From NCBI GenBank assembly GCA_019242395.1, contig JAFAVP010000174.1, forward strand, positions 1-59,521: 59,521 nt of DNA, given 5' to 3'. Under the pieces are notes generated by a model. That model saw nothing but the letters and a program-made list of their open reading frames with translations. It was not told the origin of the DNA and searched no databases. This stretch comes from Alphaproteobacteria bacterium (lineage in GTDB: Bacteria > Pseudomonadota > Alphaproteobacteria > Micropepsales > Micropepsaceae). Within the stretch, counting starts at the first letter, position 1. Each line of letters opens with the position of its first letter. The position numbers and the translations under genes are program-made. Below, piece after piece: positions 56,836 through 59,521 of the stretch.

Positions 56836-57783
56836 TTACGCTGGCCTGACGCTACGAGCTGTTTCGTAGGTCAACCGCTTGCCCCTGACGCCCTTCAAGG
56901 CGCGTTCGGCGCGGGCGGCATCATCAATCCCAAGCGCGGAGCGGTTGGAATAGCGGAAATCAAATTCAGCCAGATAGCGATGCAAATGGGCTTCGCTGAT
57001 ATGGTGGAAGGTGCCGTAAACGCCGCGCTTCAAGATGGCGAAATAGCCTTCCGCCGTATTCGAGTGAGCGTCGCCGCGCACATATTCATCCGCGCCATGG
57101 TCCACCATTTCATGGCGGGCAAACTCGCGGCCAATCTGCATGTAACCGCCTGCCGTATCCGTCATGAGCGCGGACCTGAAATTGGCATGTGCTCGCAAGA
57201 TTGGGCGCAAGGTGGTCCCGCTCACGTTCGGAATATGATGCGAGCGGACGCGCCCGCCGCGCTCTACCAGAGCGTGAACGATCTGCTTGCCAACGCCGCC
57301 GGGCGCATAGTTGCGCTTGCCAACGTGCTTGTTCTTCTCGCGACCGCCCACATAGGTCGTATCCGCCTCAAGAACCATGCCTTCCCCACCGAGCGGACCA
57401 AGGTTGCCTTCCTTCATGGCTTCGCGAATGCGATGCGTAAGATGCCACGCGGTTTTCATGCTGCAATTCAGCATCCGCTGGATTTGGCGGGTGCTGATGC
57501 CCTTCTTGCTGGCGCACATAAGATGGATCACCTGAAGCCACAGGTGAAGCGGCAAATGACTGGACTCGAAGATAGTCCCTTGGCGAACGGTGAACGTCTC
57601 GCGGCAGGCATAGCACTTGCGCATGCCAATCCGGGAACTGTTGCCCGCCAGCCGCCCAACGTGTTCTTCCGTCGCGCCGCAATGCGGGCAGACGGGGCCA
57701 TTAGGCCACAACGCCGCTTCAACGTGCGCGAAGGCGGCTTCTTCATTGTGGAATTGCGGGGCGGTCAAAAGTGCGTTCGCCAT
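56836..57783 (-). CDS. IS1595 family transposase
   Basis: Zn ribbon (WPNGPVCPHC...CYAC), HTH (SKKGISTRQ...KTAW...HRIREAM), EADTTYVGG, LMTD, HSNTAEGYF, YLAEFDFRY. Confidence 0.96.
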   Translation of the reverse strand: MANALLTAPQFHNEEAAFAHVEAALWPNGPVCPHCGATEEHVGRLAGNSSRIGMRKCYACRETFTVRQGTIFESSHLPLHLWLQVIHLMCASKKGISTRQIQRMLNCSMKTAWHLTHRIREAMKEGNLGPLGGEGMVLEADTTYVGGREKNKHVGKRNYAPGGVGKQIVHALVERGGRVRSHHIPNVSGTTLRPILRAHANFRSALMTDTAGGYMQIGREFARHEMVDHGADEYVRGDAHSNTAEGYFAILKRGVYGTFHHISEAHLHRYLAEFDFRYSNRSALGIDDAARAERALKGVRGKRLTYETARSVRPA

Positions 57784-57804
57784 AGGAACTCTCCTTATGG
57801 CGCT

Positions 57805-57833
57805 AATCTAGGGATAGTGTGTGGGGTTGTCAA
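57805..57833 (-). promoter_or_regulatory. Inward sigma70 promoter in the right TIR, driving the transposase
   Basis: TTGACA-N17-TAGATT, followed by the AAGGAGAG RBS and ATG. Confidence 0.65.
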
Positions 57834-57907
57834 GTGTAACGTTCCCCCCGCGTTGGGGGTGAAATTCCGGGGCGCGGGTTCTACAATGAACCAATGACTT
57901 CAGCAGC

Positions 57908-59521
57908 ATGTGTGAGTCTATGAGCGGGTTTGCGGACCGCTATTGCGATCCGCTGGATCGGGCGTTCGGCGAGGAGCCGGAGCCTGAGGAGATGCACGCG
58001 CCCGCGCCGCAACGTGAGCCGCCGTACCTGAAAGGCCTCAATCCCGAGCAGCGCGAGGCGGTGCTCAGCGTCGATGGCCCCGTGCTCGTGCTGGCGGGCG
58101 CCGGCACCGGCAAGACGCGCGTGCTCACCACCCGCCTTGCCCACATTCTCGCCACCCGCCGCGCCTGGCCCGGTCAGATTCTCGCCGTCACCTTCACCAA
58201 CAAGGCGGCGCGCGAGATGAAGGAACGCATCGGCCTGCTCATCGGCGGCGTGGTGGAAGGGATGCAATGGCTCGGCACCTTCCATTCCATCGGCGCGCGC
58301 ATGCTGCGGCGGCACGCGGAGCTGGCCGACCTCAAATCCAACTTCACCATTCTCGACGCCGACGATCAGCTGCGCCTGATGAAGCAACTGATCGAGGCGG
58401 AGAACATCGATGAGAAGCGCTGGCCCGCGCGCACGCTGGCGTCTTTCATCGACGACTGGAAGAACAGCGGTCTGCGCCCGGAAGATGTGCCGGACGGCGA
58501 AGCGCACGCTTACGCCAACGGCAAAGGCCGTTCGCTCTATCGCCAATATCAAGAGCGCTTGCGCGCGCTGAACGCGGCCGATTTCGGCGACCTGCTGCTG
58601 GAGGTGCTCACCATCCTGCGCTCGCAGCCGGAAATCCTCGCCGAGTATCGCGAGCGCTTCAAATATATGCTGGTGGACGAATACCAGGACACCAACACGG
58701 TGCAGTATCTGTGGCTCAAGCTGCTGGCTGGCAAAGGCGGCAATGTGTGCGTGGTGGGCGACGACGACCAATCCATCTACGGCTGGCGCGGTGCCGAGGT
58801 GGACAACATCCTGCGCTTCGAACATGACTTTCCCGGCGCAAAAGTTATTCGGTTGGAGCGTAATTACCGCTCCACGCCGTCCATCTTGGGCGCCGCGTCT
58901 GGGCTCATCGCCGCGAACAAAGGCCGCCTCGGCAAAACCTTGTGGACCGAAGGCGACGCCGGCGAGAAGGTCAAGGTGCAGGGCGTGTGGGACGCCGAGG
59001 AAGAAGCCCGCGCCGTGGCCACCGAAGCGGAGAACCTGAAAACCAAGGACGAGAAATTTTCCGAGATGGCGGTGCTGGTGCGCGCATCCTTCCAGATGCG
59101 CGAGTTTGAGGACCGCTTCCTGTCGCTCGGTTTGCCATACCGCGTGATCGGCGGCCCGCGCTTCTACGAGCGCGCCGAAATCCGCGATGCGATGGCGTAT
59201 CTCCGCCTCATCGCACAAGGCGACGACGATCTCGCCTTCGAGCGCATCGTCAACAAGCCAAAGCGCGGCATCGGCGATGCGAGCGTGCAGTCGCTGCATG
59301 CGTTCGCGCGGCGCAATCATCTGCCGCTGCTCACGGCGGCGCGCGATATTGCCGAAGCGGACGAACTGCCGCCCAAGGCGCGCAAGGCGCTGACGGAACT
59401 TGCGAGTAATTTCGCGCGCTGGAATGCGCTGTCGAAGAACATTCCGCACACCGAGCTCGCGGAAATGGTGCTGGATGAGAGCGGCTACACCGACGCGCTG
59501 AAGGCGGACCGCTCGGCGGAA
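57908..59521 (+). CDS. uvrD: UvrD/PcrA SF1 DNA helicase (runs off window; not in ORF track)
   Basis: Manual translation: LNPEQREAV, VLAGAGTGKT, VTFTNKAAREM, LVDEYQD, VGDDDQSIYGWRGA, NYRS. Confidence 0.95.
   Translation, partial: MCESMSGFADRYCDPLDRAFGEEPEPEEMHAPAPQREPPYLKGLNPEQREAVLSVDGPVLVLAGAGTGKTRVLTTRLAHILATRRAWPGQILAVTFTNKAAREMKERIGLLIGGVVEGMQWLGTFHSIGARMLRRHAELADLKSNFTILDADDQLRLMKQLIEAENIDEKRWPARTLASFIDDWKNSGLRPEDVPDGEAHAYANGKGRSLYRQYQERLRALNAADFGDLLLEVLTILRSQPEILAEYRERFKYMLVDEYQDTNTVQYLWLKLLAGKGGNVCVVGDDDQSIYGWRGAEVDNILRFEHDFPGAKVIRLERNYRSTPSILGAASGLIAANKGRLGKTLWTEGDAGEKVKVQGVWDAEEEARAVATEAENLKTKDEKFSEMAVLVRASFQMREFEDRFLSLGLPYRVIGGPRFYERAEIRDAMAYLRLIAQGDDDLAFERIVNKPKRGIGDASVQSLHAFARRNHLPLLTAARDIAEADELPPKARKALTELASNFARWNALSKNIPHTELAEMVLDESGYTDALKADRSAE

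Larger units (their letters stand above)
55167..57846 (-). mobile_element. IS1595-family element with passenger genes, 2680 bp
   Basis: Imperfect ~32-bp TIRs: GGGAGTGTTACACTTGCCAACCCCACACACTA / GGGAACGTTACACTTGACAACCCCACACACTA (rc). 8-bp direct repeat CCCGCGTT at 55159-55166 and 57847-57854. Transposase inside. Confidence 0.92.

Noticed and set aside
56635-57897. 420-aa + strand ORF across the transposase
   Set aside because: Antisense shadow of the IS1595 transposase; it crosses the element boundary and has no motifs.
57881-59449. 522-aa - strand ORF
   Set aside because: Antisense shadow of uvrD/pcrA, which is missing from the track only because it has no stop in the window.

Overview
GC-rich alphaproteobacterial chromosome segment, judged from the two-piece permuted tmRNA and the ssrA/sspB/fumC and thyA/folA/hflKC gene neighbourhood. 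1-1.6 kb: mobile or toxin-antitoxin debris, with an unlisted membrane-protein ORF running off the left edge and a decayed DUF4160/DUF2442-type pair. 1.7-27.3 kb: a large surface-polysaccharide region with two sulfotransferase-like genes, GT61, an SGNH-like gene, rfbCBDA, GT2, DUF6165, TPR-GT9, a heparinase II/III-like gene and TPR-GT4. It continues with an L,D-transpeptidase, a Cys-His hydrolase-like/FGE-fold fusion and a kpsM-kpsT-kpsE-like exporter whose ATPase has lost all catalytic motifs. 27-55 kb: mostly housekeeping genes (tRNA-Pro, tRNA-Gln, hflKC, mrp, folA, thyA, ssrA, sspB, fumC) with accessory insertions, including a tandem RcnB pair and two more sulfotransferases. 55-57.9 kb: a 2680-bp cargo-carrying IS1595-family element with terminal inverted repeats and an 8-bp target duplication. 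It carries DUF3800 plus two other passengers and sits in one arm of a ~135-bp palindromic repeat, which has an intact second copy at 51.0 kb. The window ends in uvrD/pcrA. Best novelty candidates are the repeat-inserted IS1595/DUF3800 element and the catalytically degenerate Kps-like exporter. All family calls come from motif recognition by eye; no searches were run.
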